Shown here: positions 12,277-24,030 of the stretch, piece by piece
How positions within the stretch are numbered: the stretch's first letter is position 1
How the letters are laid out: each line of letters begins with the position of its first letter
Source of the DNA: Octopus sinensis
Lineage: Eukaryota
DNA length: 64,000 nucleotides
Direction: 5' to 3'
Assembly: GCF_006345805.1 (NCBI RefSeq)
Contig: NC_043004.1
Span: 4,526,001 to 4,590,000 of the forward strand
The notes under the pieces: model-generated
The model's input: the letters and a program-made list of their open reading frames with translations, nothing else
Told to the model about the DNA's origin: nothing
The model's database searches: none
Position numbers and translations under genes: made by a program

Positions 12277-13443
12277 TTAAAAATAACCCTCTAAAATCAA
12301 ACTCAACTCAAATAAAATTCAACACAAAACAACTAAAAAAAAAAGGAAAAACGAAAACAATAAATTATAGACAAACAAAATTGGTAAACAATTTTATACA
12401 ACACAAACTACAAAACTGACGTCAATTCTATATTTCTGAGATGAGGAATTTTAAAATTAGGTATGTTGCTTACATCAGTTGGACTGGTATCCTTTTGACT
12501 GTTGCTTTCACTATGTTTTGACCGCATATGCTGCAGCTTCTTCAGGTGTCTTGCGATTCACCTTAGTGCCTTGTCTGGGATTGAATTCAGAACCTCTAAA
12601 TGAGGACCACCATTCCAACTAATGTAAGCAGTGTACATAAAACTAACATTGTTTTAACAGCTTTTAACAGTTTTTCCATGCTTGTCCAGGTCAGATGGAA
12701 TTAGTTGAAGCAGATTTTTTATGGCCAAATGCCCTTCCTGTTGCCAACCCTCATTTATACCAAGTAAGGTAATATTTCCAACCCATGCCAACATGGAAAA
12801 TGGATGTTAAAGGATGATGATAGTGATGATGATGATGATGGCAGGTTTCTTTCAGTTTCCATGTACCAAATCCATTCACAAGGCTTTGGTCAGCTTGGAG
12901 CTATAGAAAACACTTGCCCAAGGTGTCATGCAGTGAAACTGAACCTGGAACCATGTGGTTGGGAAGCAAACTTCTTACCACACAGCCACACCTACACATA
13001 TGCAGATATTCCAACTCTACTTAAACCACCCAGACACTTGGCTCCATAACCACAGATTCAAAGTAACAACTACAAAACCCAATGTCTTCCAACTATCGAA
13101 CTCATCATCGTCTTTCAACATTCACATTCCCACTTGCATGAGTCAAATGGAATTTACTGAGGCAGATCCGCTATGGCCAGATGCCCTTCTTGTCACTAAC
13201 TCTCACCTGTTTCCAAGCATGGAAATACAGATTTCAAATTTTGTCTCAAAGCCAGTAATTTCAGGGGAGGGGGTAAGTTGATTACATCAACCACAGTGTT
13301 CATCTGGTACGCTTTATTGACCCTGAAAGGGTGAAAGGCAAAGACAACCTCACAGGATTTGAACTGAGAACATGAAGACAGATGAAATGCCACTAAGTAT
13401 TTTGCCTAGTATGCTAATGATTCTACCAGCTTGCCACCTTTAA

Positions 13444-13913
13444 CCCATTGCCTGACATGAGCCCCATTTGGGGATCTGCTGAAAACAGTCTCACAAGTGA
13501 ATTGCTCATGTAAATTGCATTTGCAGAGGTGTGTTTAACAATATCCAGTAGTTAAAGTTTGTCATTATCAGTTCTGGCTAATTCTAGAGGACAATTTATG
13601 TTGTTAATCACAATATTGACTGTTTTGAAAAGGTTTTTTTTTTTGCATTTCCCATTAATACCATTCATTGATATTTCATACACAATTGCATTTGATACTA
13701 GTTTGAAAAAAATAACTGAAATGTTTATTATTGCAATTGAACAGAAAAGGATAAATATGCTTTTTCAGCAATTTCCATTTGGGACATTTTGAAAAAGTTA
13801 TAATTTCCAAAATAATTCACATATGAAGAAAATTTTAATCTATTTACTATTTTGTCTCCTAAAACACCTGGCAAAGCCAAAAACATGAATGAAAAAATTT
13901 GGCAGTTAATGGG
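13444..13913. mobile_element. piggyBac-like non-autonomous element
   Basis: TTAA-CCCATT...AATGGG-TTAA termini. Confidence 0.65.
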
Positions 13914-14149
13914 TTAAGCAAGGTAATATTGGCCCAACATGTTTTTATGAAAGACTGAAAATGATCAGTCTGTGTAACAGTGATGCTTGTTTAAAACCAT
14001 ATCTGGAAAGTATTAACTTCCTTAGAAATAAGTGAGGGTAGGTGACAAGAATGGCATCTAACCATACAAAAATCTATCACAACAAATTCTGTCTGACTCA
14101 TGCAAACATGGAAAGGCAGATGTTCAATGACCATTCAACAAACTCCTTG

Positions 14150-14450
14150 TTTGTTCCTTCTCGAGCCACGTCTTGCTCATAAGGGCCGGTTTCCCGGCTT
14201 CCTTGGCGTATAGGTTCCTCACCTGGACGGGACACCGGTCCGTCGCAGGTGAGCTGCAAGATACAAGAGGAAAGAATGAGAGAAAGTTTGTGGTGAAAGA
14301 GTCAGCAGAAGTTCGCCATTACATTCTGTCGGAGCCGCGTGGAGCTTGGTGTTTCGCTCATAAACACACACATCGCCCGGTCTGAGGTTCGAACTCGCGA
14401 TCCCTCGACTGCGAGTCCGCTGCACTAACCACTAGGCCATGTGCCTCCAC
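14150..14450 (-). mobile_element. tRNA-derived SINE with V-domain-like central motif
   Basis: The minus strand has an A/B-box head (GGCCTAGTGGTTAGTG...GAGTTCGAACC) and ACCTGCGACGGACCGGTGTCCCGTCCAGG, which from recall resembles the V-SINE domain. A second copy lies at 63570-63815. Confidence 0.75.
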
Positions 14451-15201
14451 AAACTCCTTATTCTGACTGAATTCTGTATGAAAGATGGAAGGGGAGCTTT
14501 GAGTTCCATTAAATAACTAAAACACAGGTGAGCATATTGCCCTCTGCCTCTTGGTTCAGCACTGGATTAACCATTAAGCAAATTAGCACATGCTTAGGGC
14601 ATCAAAGAAGGAAGGAGCACCACAGAAATGGTAAATGGTTTACAGAACAAAAGAAATCACTTTTAAACTTGCTAAATAATATTCGGAATGCCTTTATCAC
14701 TACTAAGTATAGACGCAGATGTGTTACTTAAGATTAATTTTGAAGATCTGATCAAAGATTTTGCATTCAAAAAAGTAGGAGGAAGCTTTTCAAATATAAA
14801 TAAAGTGGAAGTATACAAAAATAAACATTTTTTCCCTCTTGCTGTTTTTGTTTTGTTTTGAAAAATAAAAATTCATTTATGGTTTGTTATTGTTTATATT
14901 TTGAATGATATAATCTTTAATGGGGTACCAAGATCTTTTAAGTGCTGAGGGCCTCGATGGTTCTCGTCCAGCCCTGCCTTGGTCCAATAAGCTGGTGAAA
15001 ACGAGCAAGTGGCTAAAACTTTACATGTTGCAAGAGGGTTGCTACACATCCATACATATACACACACATATGTATATGTGTGTGTGTATGTAAGAAACTG
15101 TGTTCAGAGCAAGAAAGATCACTAAAAGCAATGTCTTGAGCAAAACAAAATAGAAGTGAACATTTAGCGGATGAGTGTTCAAAAGGAGATAGACAGAACT
15201 A

Positions 15202-15390
15202 TGAGGGGGCCAAAAAGTTCCTGGCTTTAAGGGTATCACAAAAGGCTTGGTTGGAAGCCCAACTTACCGAGTTCTTTTACAGGGCTTAGAAAAACTACAG
15301 GACCACTGTAATATGTGTGTGAATCTGAGAGGGAAACATGTTGAATAAATCATAATCAACTGATCCTCCTGTATTTTCAGCACCCCCTCA
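15202..15390. mobile_element. Mariner-derived MITE (right TIR partly deleted)
   Basis: Same sequence as 10607-10822, TA-flanked. Confidence 0.85.
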
Positions 15391-15886
15391 TATACTGAAG
15401 TCCATTCATTCAGATAGATTGTACCTGTTCTATCAAGTAGATGAATACCACAATATGGCCATTAAACATCCCAAGTGAAGTCCATTTTGTTACTAGTATT
15501 TAGACTGTATCGTTCTCATAACTTATCCTGCAACTGAACAATGGCTGAATGTCAGTGCAATTGATGAACCTGCCAAAAAACAGCATCAAATCTCCCTCAA
15601 ATCATCTTACCCAACCATCTCAAAAAGAGAGAACACATTGAGATAAGTGGTCCTTATATATTGTGTCTGCAAAGAGGTAGGATGACCACAGCTTGGACAC
15701 CTTTAATCAAAGGTTTGTTCAATCATAGCTAAACTACTGCTGACCCCCATCATAATCACCTCAAATGTGGGTGGTGGTTTTTTTAAATTTACTCGCTGAA
15801 CAAGTCACAAGATCTGTATTGCCCAATACATACAGCGAACAATTAACATTTAATTTTGCTGTTGCTTAGCCTCAAGCCAACACTGA

Positions 15887-16335
15887 TCACATAGACCTAT
15901 GATCAAAAGCCTTCCAGCTGTGGCCATCCAATATTTTATCCAGGTACTGATCACAAGCATCTTTGTCCATGAAGATGTGTTCACAACATTTAAATTTTTT
16001 GAACTTATAAAGTTTTGCATTTTTGCATGGTATAAATGAAGCCAACATAAGTTGTGCGGTGCAATTAGTCAGCCATTTAGACAAAGTCCCATCTCCAACC
16101 AACACCTAAAGATTATTTATAGACAGAAATGATGATTAAGCGTCTCTGTACATTTATTTGTGTTTAAAAAGTAAGATCTAACATCCTTCACATCTTTCTT
16201 ATCTATGACTGCTGTTTCTAACTTGCCATGCACCACAGAGCTTCCATCACTTGTTTGATAACATAGTTTGATGATTACTGTTCTCAGGATAGTCTTGACC
16301 AAGCAGACGTATGAGCAAAGACATCCCATGGCCAT
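15887..16335 (-). CDS. Candidate two-exon ORF (16335-16183 joined to 16105-15887), 123 aa or 121 aa from the second ATG, unknown product
   Basis: Two adjacent non-repetitive ORFs join in frame (phase 0) across a 77-nt intron, GAT|gttaga...cttaat...tctttag|GTG. The second ATG sits in gccATGg context and gives MGCLCS. No family recognised. Confidence 0.4.
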
Positions 16336-16989
16336 TCAATCCTTTTCTCAAATATTACATATATAGGACTGTATTATCAAATGTACCTCTCCTTTTTCAA
16401 CACAAAGGATGTACTTCAAGCAAAATTTGGTTGCTACCTCTAGCATGCCAAGCGAGGAAATAGAAACTCCGTCATGATGGCGGGAACAGAGATGTTAGTG
16501 GTAGGGCGCTAGCAATCATATGATAATGGGATAGTGACAGTGATGGCAATAACGATGATGATGATGCCAAAGTTAAAATGATTGTTGCGCTGATAAATGT
16601 TGATGTTATTGTTTAGTTTCAGGTTAGTCTTGATCGAGCAGACCCATAACTGAAACTGCTCCCACCCAAGAGCAACCATTTTTTTTTAGCCAATGTATCC
16701 TTCCCCCTTCAAATGCTGGGTTGGTGATTTGACAGCTATTCCTAGGTGGTATAGCAACCATGTAGGTGCAATACCATCTAAGAATAGCTGTAGTGGCGAT
16801 GGTCGGAAGCAATAGTAACAAGCAATGACATAGTAATAATAATGATGATAATGTAATAGATTTTGGTGGTGGTGATGACAAGAATAGTAACCGAGACAGT
16901 GAGGCGACGACGATGATGATGATCGTAATGAGGCCATAGATATTGTTCAAACAATTAATTGCAAATACCAAATGTCGAATGCATCAATT

Positions 16990-17300
16990 AGATATCGATA
17001 TATTGATAGCTCTCTCTCTCACTTTACCACACAAAGCATTGTATTACTGACATAGAAAAGAAAGAAAAAAAGAATGCCGTTCTAATTGTATGTGCGAAGG
17101 AGGGGCGGGGTGATTGAGAATTCCATGCCGAATAAATTACAAGCAACAAACACGGGAGATCGATCGCTCGATTAGAAAGAGGAAGTAAAGAAAGAAACTG
17201 ACAGAGAGGATTCCCGATCAGTAACGTTTGCCGGAGCGTCAACCAATCTCTTGTGTTTTGCTTACTTGGCAGTATCATCACGCGACCCCTGCCCAAATTA
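16990..17300. promoter_or_regulatory. Promoter-like segment
   Basis: Locally CpG-rich. GC box GGGGCGGGG 17102-17110, GGAAGT 17181-86, CCAAT 17243-47, and a minus-strand donor CCAA|gtaagc at 17265. Confidence 0.45.
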
Positions 17301-17485
17301 CTGGTCTGTCAACAGATACAAACATTCAGACAGAACGTCGTACACATACACATGTGTGGTGTGTATATCATATATATATATATATATATCCAACAATATA
17401 ATAAATAAACATATGCATATATACATACATACATGTACATACTTACATCTATATGTATATATATACATGCATATATGAGTACAGG

Positions 17486-17625
17486 ACACCACAAATAAAC
17501 GCAGAACACAACGAGAAACGAAAACATAAAATCAAACAAGGAACGGACTTTTTTTTAACAACGAAAAACAGAGTACAGGACAACAATACAAGGAAAATTC
17601 CCCATCATCAGCTATATATATTATA
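17486..17625 (-). mobile_element. Fragment of a PLE-like terminal repeat
   Basis: Minus-strand GCTGATGATGGGGAATTTTCCTTGTATTGTTGTCCTGTACTC aligns with plus-strand 57870-57920 GACTGAAGAAGGGGATTTTTCGTTGTGCTTATTGTCCTGTATCTC. Confidence 0.5.
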
Positions 17626-18712
17626 TATAGTCACAACACACAGGTACTTGGTCAAATAGGGAACGAAAGTATAGTCAGACGGACACATAGGCAAATAATT
17701 AAACAAATAAATCAAGCAAACAAACGGATTATATAAGTTATGTAGATAGTTATTATAGGGGACTGTGAGTTCATAAGCAGTGATATATAACAGATATACC
17801 CCTTTTCTGTCAACAGAGATACGAACATATATTAAAGATATACTTTTGTGTACTGGGGCACGCACGTTAGTACAAGTCTATACATGCATGTATTAGTAAT
17901 GTCTACCCAAAACAAAATGAGATATCCTCTAATAATCTACATTCAATATTCACACTAACATGCACTTCTATGTATACAGCACCAAGGAAGCAGCCAGTGT
18001 GAGCTTTGTAACCCTTAATAAGGAGTTTAAAACTAAAAACAAAGCCCTAAATTTAAAAGTTGGCTATTTTGTCCAATTATAATTATTTTTAAAGGATCCA
18101 AAAGTTTAATAGAAAGAGTTCTACACACATAAATCGGGCTAACATGGGAGATGAGGGCACACACACTGGTTGCCATTGGCTTGCTAGGTTTTTTATTAAA
18201 CAGACGAATAATATAATTACTTTCTAGTTATTTGAAGGACCAACAGAGCATCCAAAAGTTGATGGCTTGATTGCATCATTGCCAAAATATTATTTGGCGG
18301 TTCGGTTCGAATCACGATGTCATCAAACAAGCAATTGATGCATATATAATTCCTTTCCCTCCAAACGTTATCCAAATTTGGGCGGGTTAACCTCAGTCTT
18401 AAAACATCATTGTGTTGTCTGTCATAATCTAGAATGAGTGTTTACCTAGGTCATCGCCGTTTTCGCGTAACAAAAACCCTTACCCCTAAATCCTAACACC
18501 CGGGTGTGCGTTTTCTTTACTTTCGGTCGCCATTGCCGAGAATAAGTTCATCCTTAACTCTCTAAGTGTCTTTGATTAGAACGGGTGTTTACTTAGCTCC
18601 TTCAATCCTAAAGACATTGGGTATTTTCCATGCTTCCTAGAAGGACTGCAAAATGACCTAACCTCAGTCAGCTTCTGCCCCACACACAACTAACGTACAT
18701 CGATCAGCTGAC

Positions 18713-18871
18713 ATGGATGGCGGTGGTATACGATATGAATATAATGGCTCACTTTTAAAACTCGATAATTTACCTGCTAGCCGACGTGTTTTAAAACAAT
18801 TTGAAGGAAAACCCGGGAAAATGATAGCTTATAGACGTGGTAGATTATGTAGCGAATTTGAATTGGGTTAA
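18713..18871 (+). other. Short non-repetitive ORF / possible first coding exon (MDGGGIRYEYNGSLLKLDNLPASRRVLKQFEGKPGKMIAYRRGRLCSEFELG)
   Basis: 52-codon ATG ORF in the CpG-containing zone, with possible donors G|gtagat (about 18840) and G|gttaac (about 18867). No downstream exon could be linked. Confidence 0.25.
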
Positions 18872-19808
18872 CCTTCGTTTATAAACCCTGATTTCGTTTG
18901 AATAATGAACATAAAAACAAAGCTGGGGGAACATTCACTTATATATAAATTGTTAAGCACAAGTGATATATTTCCTTTAAACGCACATTCATATATTATG
19001 TAAATTTGTTTTATGGTCTGAGCTTAATTTAAAAGTGTTATTTGTGCAATATTTTTGTTTGACAGCATAAAGAGGAGTTACAATACACAATAAAATGTTT
19101 ATCTTTAAAATCCCAATTAGATTTAATAGGATGGTTAACATTGCGATGACTATAATACATTAGCAATAATCTGATTCGTTCAATCGATCTTATTACGAGG
19201 GAAAATAATAATTAACTCAATTATTGTTGATGAGTTTAATGCCTCGAAAAGGGAAATGGAATGGCAAGTCTGTTAATTAGCGTTTGACAAAAATGAAATC
19301 TGTCCATTTACTGTTGCCAACTCACATTTGATTGTAGTAATTTGTTTAATTATGGTATTTGTAATTTGTTTTAATATTCAAACTATATTGAATCTAAGAA
19401 GTATTCCGAACATTGGCTCAACTTTAAAACACTCAGCCATCCACGAAAGTTGAAAGCATTATAATACTACAATAACAAATCATTTAGAGAAGGGCCTGTA
19501 ACAATTCCACTTGGTTAATCCGACACTGAATGTATACACATACGCACTTAAAAGCCAACACAAACGCATACCAAAGCAAAGTACACGCCAGTATCAGCAA
19601 CACATATACTTAACATCGAGATATACATATAAAGCAATCATAGTACATATACAGAAGTAATCAAGTACACACTCAACAACATGAACGCACACACAAACCC
19701 AACCATAACACCAAATACATATCAATCAAATACACAACATGTTATACATTTCATTGTTGCTCGACCTGCTGGAATGTACAGCCAACTCTTCCTCAAGCCA
19801 CAACTTAC

Positions 19809-19874
19809 CGTTTCAATAAAAGAACGCTTTGATCAATGTAGTTCTCGATGTACCTCAAAGACGGGATGACCACA
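19809..19874 (-). other. Candidate exon, 66 nt
   Basis: tgttccag|...AAACG|gtaagt. One open frame, VVIPSLRYIENYIDQSVLLLK (phase 2-2). Confidence 0.4.
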
Positions 19875-20166
19875 CTGGAACAGTTCGATCAAGCCTGGCC
19901 GGAACTTGTGAACAACACAGAACATCACCGCTTACATAAACCAATGGATGGAAAACACACACACACATTAACCTAATACATATACACAATACATGACATA
20001 TGATACAAAGAGGAAAAAAATGTTTAGACATCAAAACATCACTTAGTTTGTCTAGTCTACATCCTAAATAAGAAACTACCCACCCTACAAGACATAGTGT
20101 GTGTGATGTATGTATGTATGTATGTGTGTGTGTTGTAGATCACATAAAATTGTGAGTGTAGTTTAC

Positions 20167-20230
20167 CTTTAAACAAGCTCAGAAGACCACTGCCATCGAC
20201 GAAGGGACGTAGTGTGTAATATCCACAACA
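20167..20230 (-). other. Candidate exon, 64 nt (likely 5' UTR)
   Basis: Long pyrimidine tract ctttcgttctacttggcag|...TTTAAAG|gtaaac. Confidence 0.5.
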
Positions 20231-20780
20231 CTGCCAAGTAGAACGAAAGCTAAGCAAATTGAACAAATGACAATAATAAACATAGTAATAAAACACAAAA
20301 AGAACATATATATATATTATTTATTCACTTGTGCTTTACTTTCCGAACGCTGAATTAGTAAGATTCGAACACGAAGCTAAATTATGCTAGCTGTCAGACT
20401 CTGGCGTTTGGGAAATGATGATGTTCAAAATGTAATTAAGATTGCCAAGATTATTTGTCTCATGTTTATTTTATTAACCTTAGGGTTATTTTGGATATTG
20501 CTATATAAAATATTTGAGTTGATATAAAATATTTGAGATTGAACGGAAGTGCTTGTAATCTTTGAATCTATGTTCTTAAGTGGGATTGGTAACTAGTTTT
20601 CAGTTGATGTGATGTTGGCTGAATTTGTAGAAGAAAAAATACCGCAGGGGACCATACTAAATCGAAAAAAACCATACATAATACAGTGACTTACATAATA
20701 CAGTCATTTGAAAAAACCGACAGGGCAGGCATATGTTCGGTTAATATTACATCTTGACTCGGAAGATGTAAACATTAACC

Positions 20781-21202
20781 ATATATATTTCTTTACTACC
20801 CACAAGGGGCTACACACAGAGGGGACAAAAACAAGGACAGACAAACAGATTAAGTCGATTATATCGACCCCAGAGCGTAACTGGTACTTAATTTATCGAC
20901 CCCGAAAGAATGAAAGGCAAAGTCGACCTCGGCGGAATCTGAACTCAGAACGTAACGGCAGACGAAATACCTATTTCTTTATTACCCACAAGGAGCTAAA
21001 CACGAGGGGACAAACAAGGACAGACAAACAGATTAAGTCGATTATATCGACCCCAGAGCGTAACTGGTACTTAATTTATCGACCCCGAAAGGATGAAAGG
21101 CAAAGTCGACCTCGGCGGAATTTGAACTCACAACGTAACGGCAGACGAAATACCGCCAAGCATTTCGCCCGGCGCGCTAACGTTTCTGCCAGCTCGCCGC
21201 CT
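20781..21202 (-). mobile_element. Young tRNA-derived SINE with tandemly duplicated 3' part, bounded by a 12-bp TSD
   Basis: Two near-identical blocks of about 185 bp (20786-20970, 20971-21150). TAAACATTAACC occurs at 20769-20780 and 21203-21214. Confidence 0.9.
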
Positions 21203-22889
21203 TAAACATTAACCTATATTCAAAGATATACCAGTTGTAACCATGCTGGTTTCACGGAGTTTTAGAGTAGCTGTCCACCGAAGTTCCATATAATATGGGA
21301 AAGAAAAAGGAGGACACAAAAATATTTAAAAAATGAAAGTTCCGGAAACTTTTTTCATTTTATTAATCTTCTTATTTTTCCCTAGATCTTTATTACCGTT
21401 ATATGAAATATAGGAATACAACTAAAGGCATGAAGGAAAAAAAACTACCCTTTACTTTTCCGGGGAGGTATGGGGTTTCGAGGGGCGGCTATTTCAAAAC
21501 TCTACCTTGATTTTTATAGTTGTCTAAGATTGCTTTATCTAATGTTTACTTTATTTATTTTTAAGATGGTAGGACATAATTTGGATTTTTTTTTTTTGTC
21601 GAATGACCATATAAAACTTCCCTCATTGGCGCAATACACAGACATAATCAGTTAAAATCCGTAAAACGAAGGAGACACTAAGCTGCACAGTAAAAGCTGC
21701 TATCTCATAGTTCGTCTTGAACTTCTGTAAGTTGATATTTGCTGGGAAAACATGGATTGGGTGTTTGGCTTCTTAGCCCTATCTGCCATCACATGGGTGG
21801 GTGCCTGTATATAGTTACTTGAGCTGTTCAGAGAGGATCCAAATCCCCCAACTCTTTAAAAGAACACATCGTAGTCCTAGATACTCTGTGTCTTAAAAAA
21901 AAAGATTTTGAGGTAAACATCTGGAACAGTTTTAATCACAGATGTACTCAATCGGGATTTATCTGGGGTTCCTAGAGGGTTGAGAAGCAAGATGACCTCA
22001 GCGGGATTTGAACTCAGGACATAAAGAGCCGGAATACTAAAAAGCGTTTTTCCTAACACTCTAAAGATTCTGCCATTCCACTCCGTGCCTTCACCATCAG
22101 AACTTAACTGATATTTATTTTCATTTATGTTGGAGGAAAAGGAATTCAGAACATAAAGAGCTAGCATAATAGCGCCAAAGCAATTCTTTCAATGATCTAA
22201 TCATCCTGCCAGCTCACCACGTGACTGGGATTTCTTATAGGGCCAAGGCTAGTAATTTTTAGGGGGTAAGGTGTTGGGTGATTACATCAATCCCGGCAAC
22301 TTGACTGGTATTTTAATTTATCAGCCATGGAAGAATAAAATAAAAAGTTGACTCTGATGGGAAAGCCTGTATAGGAGAGGCTTCCTTAATGTGACGACAA
22401 ACATATTAGGCACAGCCATGAATATATGACATCAAAGCAACAGGAGGCTTTTTTAAAGCCAGACTGAATAACAATATATGCTCTTTTAGAACCCAGGGAA
22501 AGTACAATTCCATGACTAGCTACTTATGAGTGGTGATTAAAAGAGAGCAGAATATCATATAGCACTAAAACTAAAGGTTGCAGAAAATATCTAGGTTATA
22601 TTGTAATGGCCGAAGGAGATCATTTTATAGAACTCGTGATACAGATATGTTTCTGAGCTTGAAAAGCAAGATTTTGGGTTATTGCCCTTATTTGCATAAA
22701 TCTATTTTGGTGACAGTAGTGTCTCACATAGAGCTGAGGAACAATACATACATAAGCTATGCAATTTATGCAATGCTACTACCATTCCTTGCGCTATTTC
22801 CAGTGCTAGTCCCTTGAAGGGTTCTCTATTCCTCCAACCTTCCAGTCCCTCCCACAAGTGCGATCACCCTGATTTTCGCATGATAGTCG

Positions 22890-23580
22890 CATTGACCACG
22901 ACAGAGAAAGTTGCCATGGAGATACCTACAGAAGTTGCAGAAAGTGTATGGAGAGGAATGTATGAGCCACACACAAGTGTACGAGTGGTTCAGACGTTTC
23001 CAAGATGGCTGAAAATATGTCAATATTGACGAATTATGGGAGACCGCAACCAGCAGAACTGAGAAAAACATCACAGATGTGCTTGCAGCTGTGAGGGGAA
23101 ATCGTCGAATCACCGTCCATGAGTTATCAGAGGATGTGCAGATTAATTATGGTTCAGTTCAGTCCATTATCACTGAAGATTTGGGTATGAGATGCATGTC
23201 TGCCAAGTTTGTGCTAAAACTGCTTTCAACTGACTAAAAGACACTTGGGTTTCAGTTGCACAAGATCTCCTTGATTGTATCGAGAATGATGAAAAACTTT
23301 TTGAAATTTTTTGTGGGCCTCTGAGCAGGTATCACCAAGCTTTTGGCAAAATTTGAGGCAGATTCTCTGCTCAACTTTCTCTGTCATGGTCAGTGTGACG
23401 ATCACATGTTACACACCTTCCTTCCAAGCACTACTGTAGACAGAAATGAGCTAGAACGTTAAAACTTTGTGCGCGTACACAGCCGAGTTCAAGGTTAATC
23501 TGTGCCAAGCGGCTTCACTCTGTATGTTTTAGCTTTGTTACTGTAGCAACAGTCAGGATACTTATTGATCAGACCACATA
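22890..23580 (+). mobile_element. Mariner remnant (HTH region, internally deleted)
   Basis: LQKVYGEECMSHTQVYEWFRRFQDG...NRRITVHELSEDVQINYGSVQSIITEDLGM, with in-frame stops. Confidence 0.85.
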
Positions 23581-24030
23581 TACACATATAATATATATTT
23601 CTTTACTATCCACAAGGGGCTAAACACAGAGGTGATGCTTATGTATATTTACATGTACCCTCAGAGGTACCGTTTAGAAGTGATCCGTATTACTGACGAT
23701 ATTAGCATTCATTGCTATTGTTAACAATTTTGGTTCTATTATCATGTTCATTATTATTGGCTTTATTACTATTTTTATTATCTCTCATCAATCCTATGCA
23801 TTTCCCTTTGTTTTTTTCCTTGTTTTTTTCCACGCTTTGATAAAGTAACACCAATCCATGGGAAATAACTCTTCTTGTTTTACCGTTTTTTCATTAGGTC
23901 TCCAACTAAAATTTTTTCCACTTAAATGTCTGGCAGGCATAAATGCATGCATACATACATACATACATACATACACACCACACACACACACACACACACA
24001 ACACACACACAACATACATACATACATACA

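Noticed and set aside
12509-12551. Minus-strand GACAC-CTGAAGA-A...AAAAC motif, also followed by a gtaagc donor
   Set aside because: GAAA is mutated and stem II is mismatched. All three frames from the putative acceptor hit stops, so it is neither a credible ribozyme nor an exon.
14930-15040. GC-richer patch with open frames on both strands (AEGLDGSRPALPWSNKLVKTSKW on plus)
   Set aside because: The splice sites are weak or ambiguous and the strand cannot be determined. No homology was recognised.
16040-16115. VLVGDG resembling the Ras/Rho/Ran P-loop start
   Set aside because: The GxxxxGK(S/T) motif is absent (GDGTLSKW) and there is no DxxG or NKxD, so no GTPase call is made.
16993-17000. TATCGATA (DRE-like promoter element)
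   Set aside because: It is a single 8-mer in AT-rich DNA, and I know of no established role for it in molluscs.
20708-21205. 165-aa ORF with an internal repeat
   Set aside because: It is the antisense read-through of the duplicated SINE.
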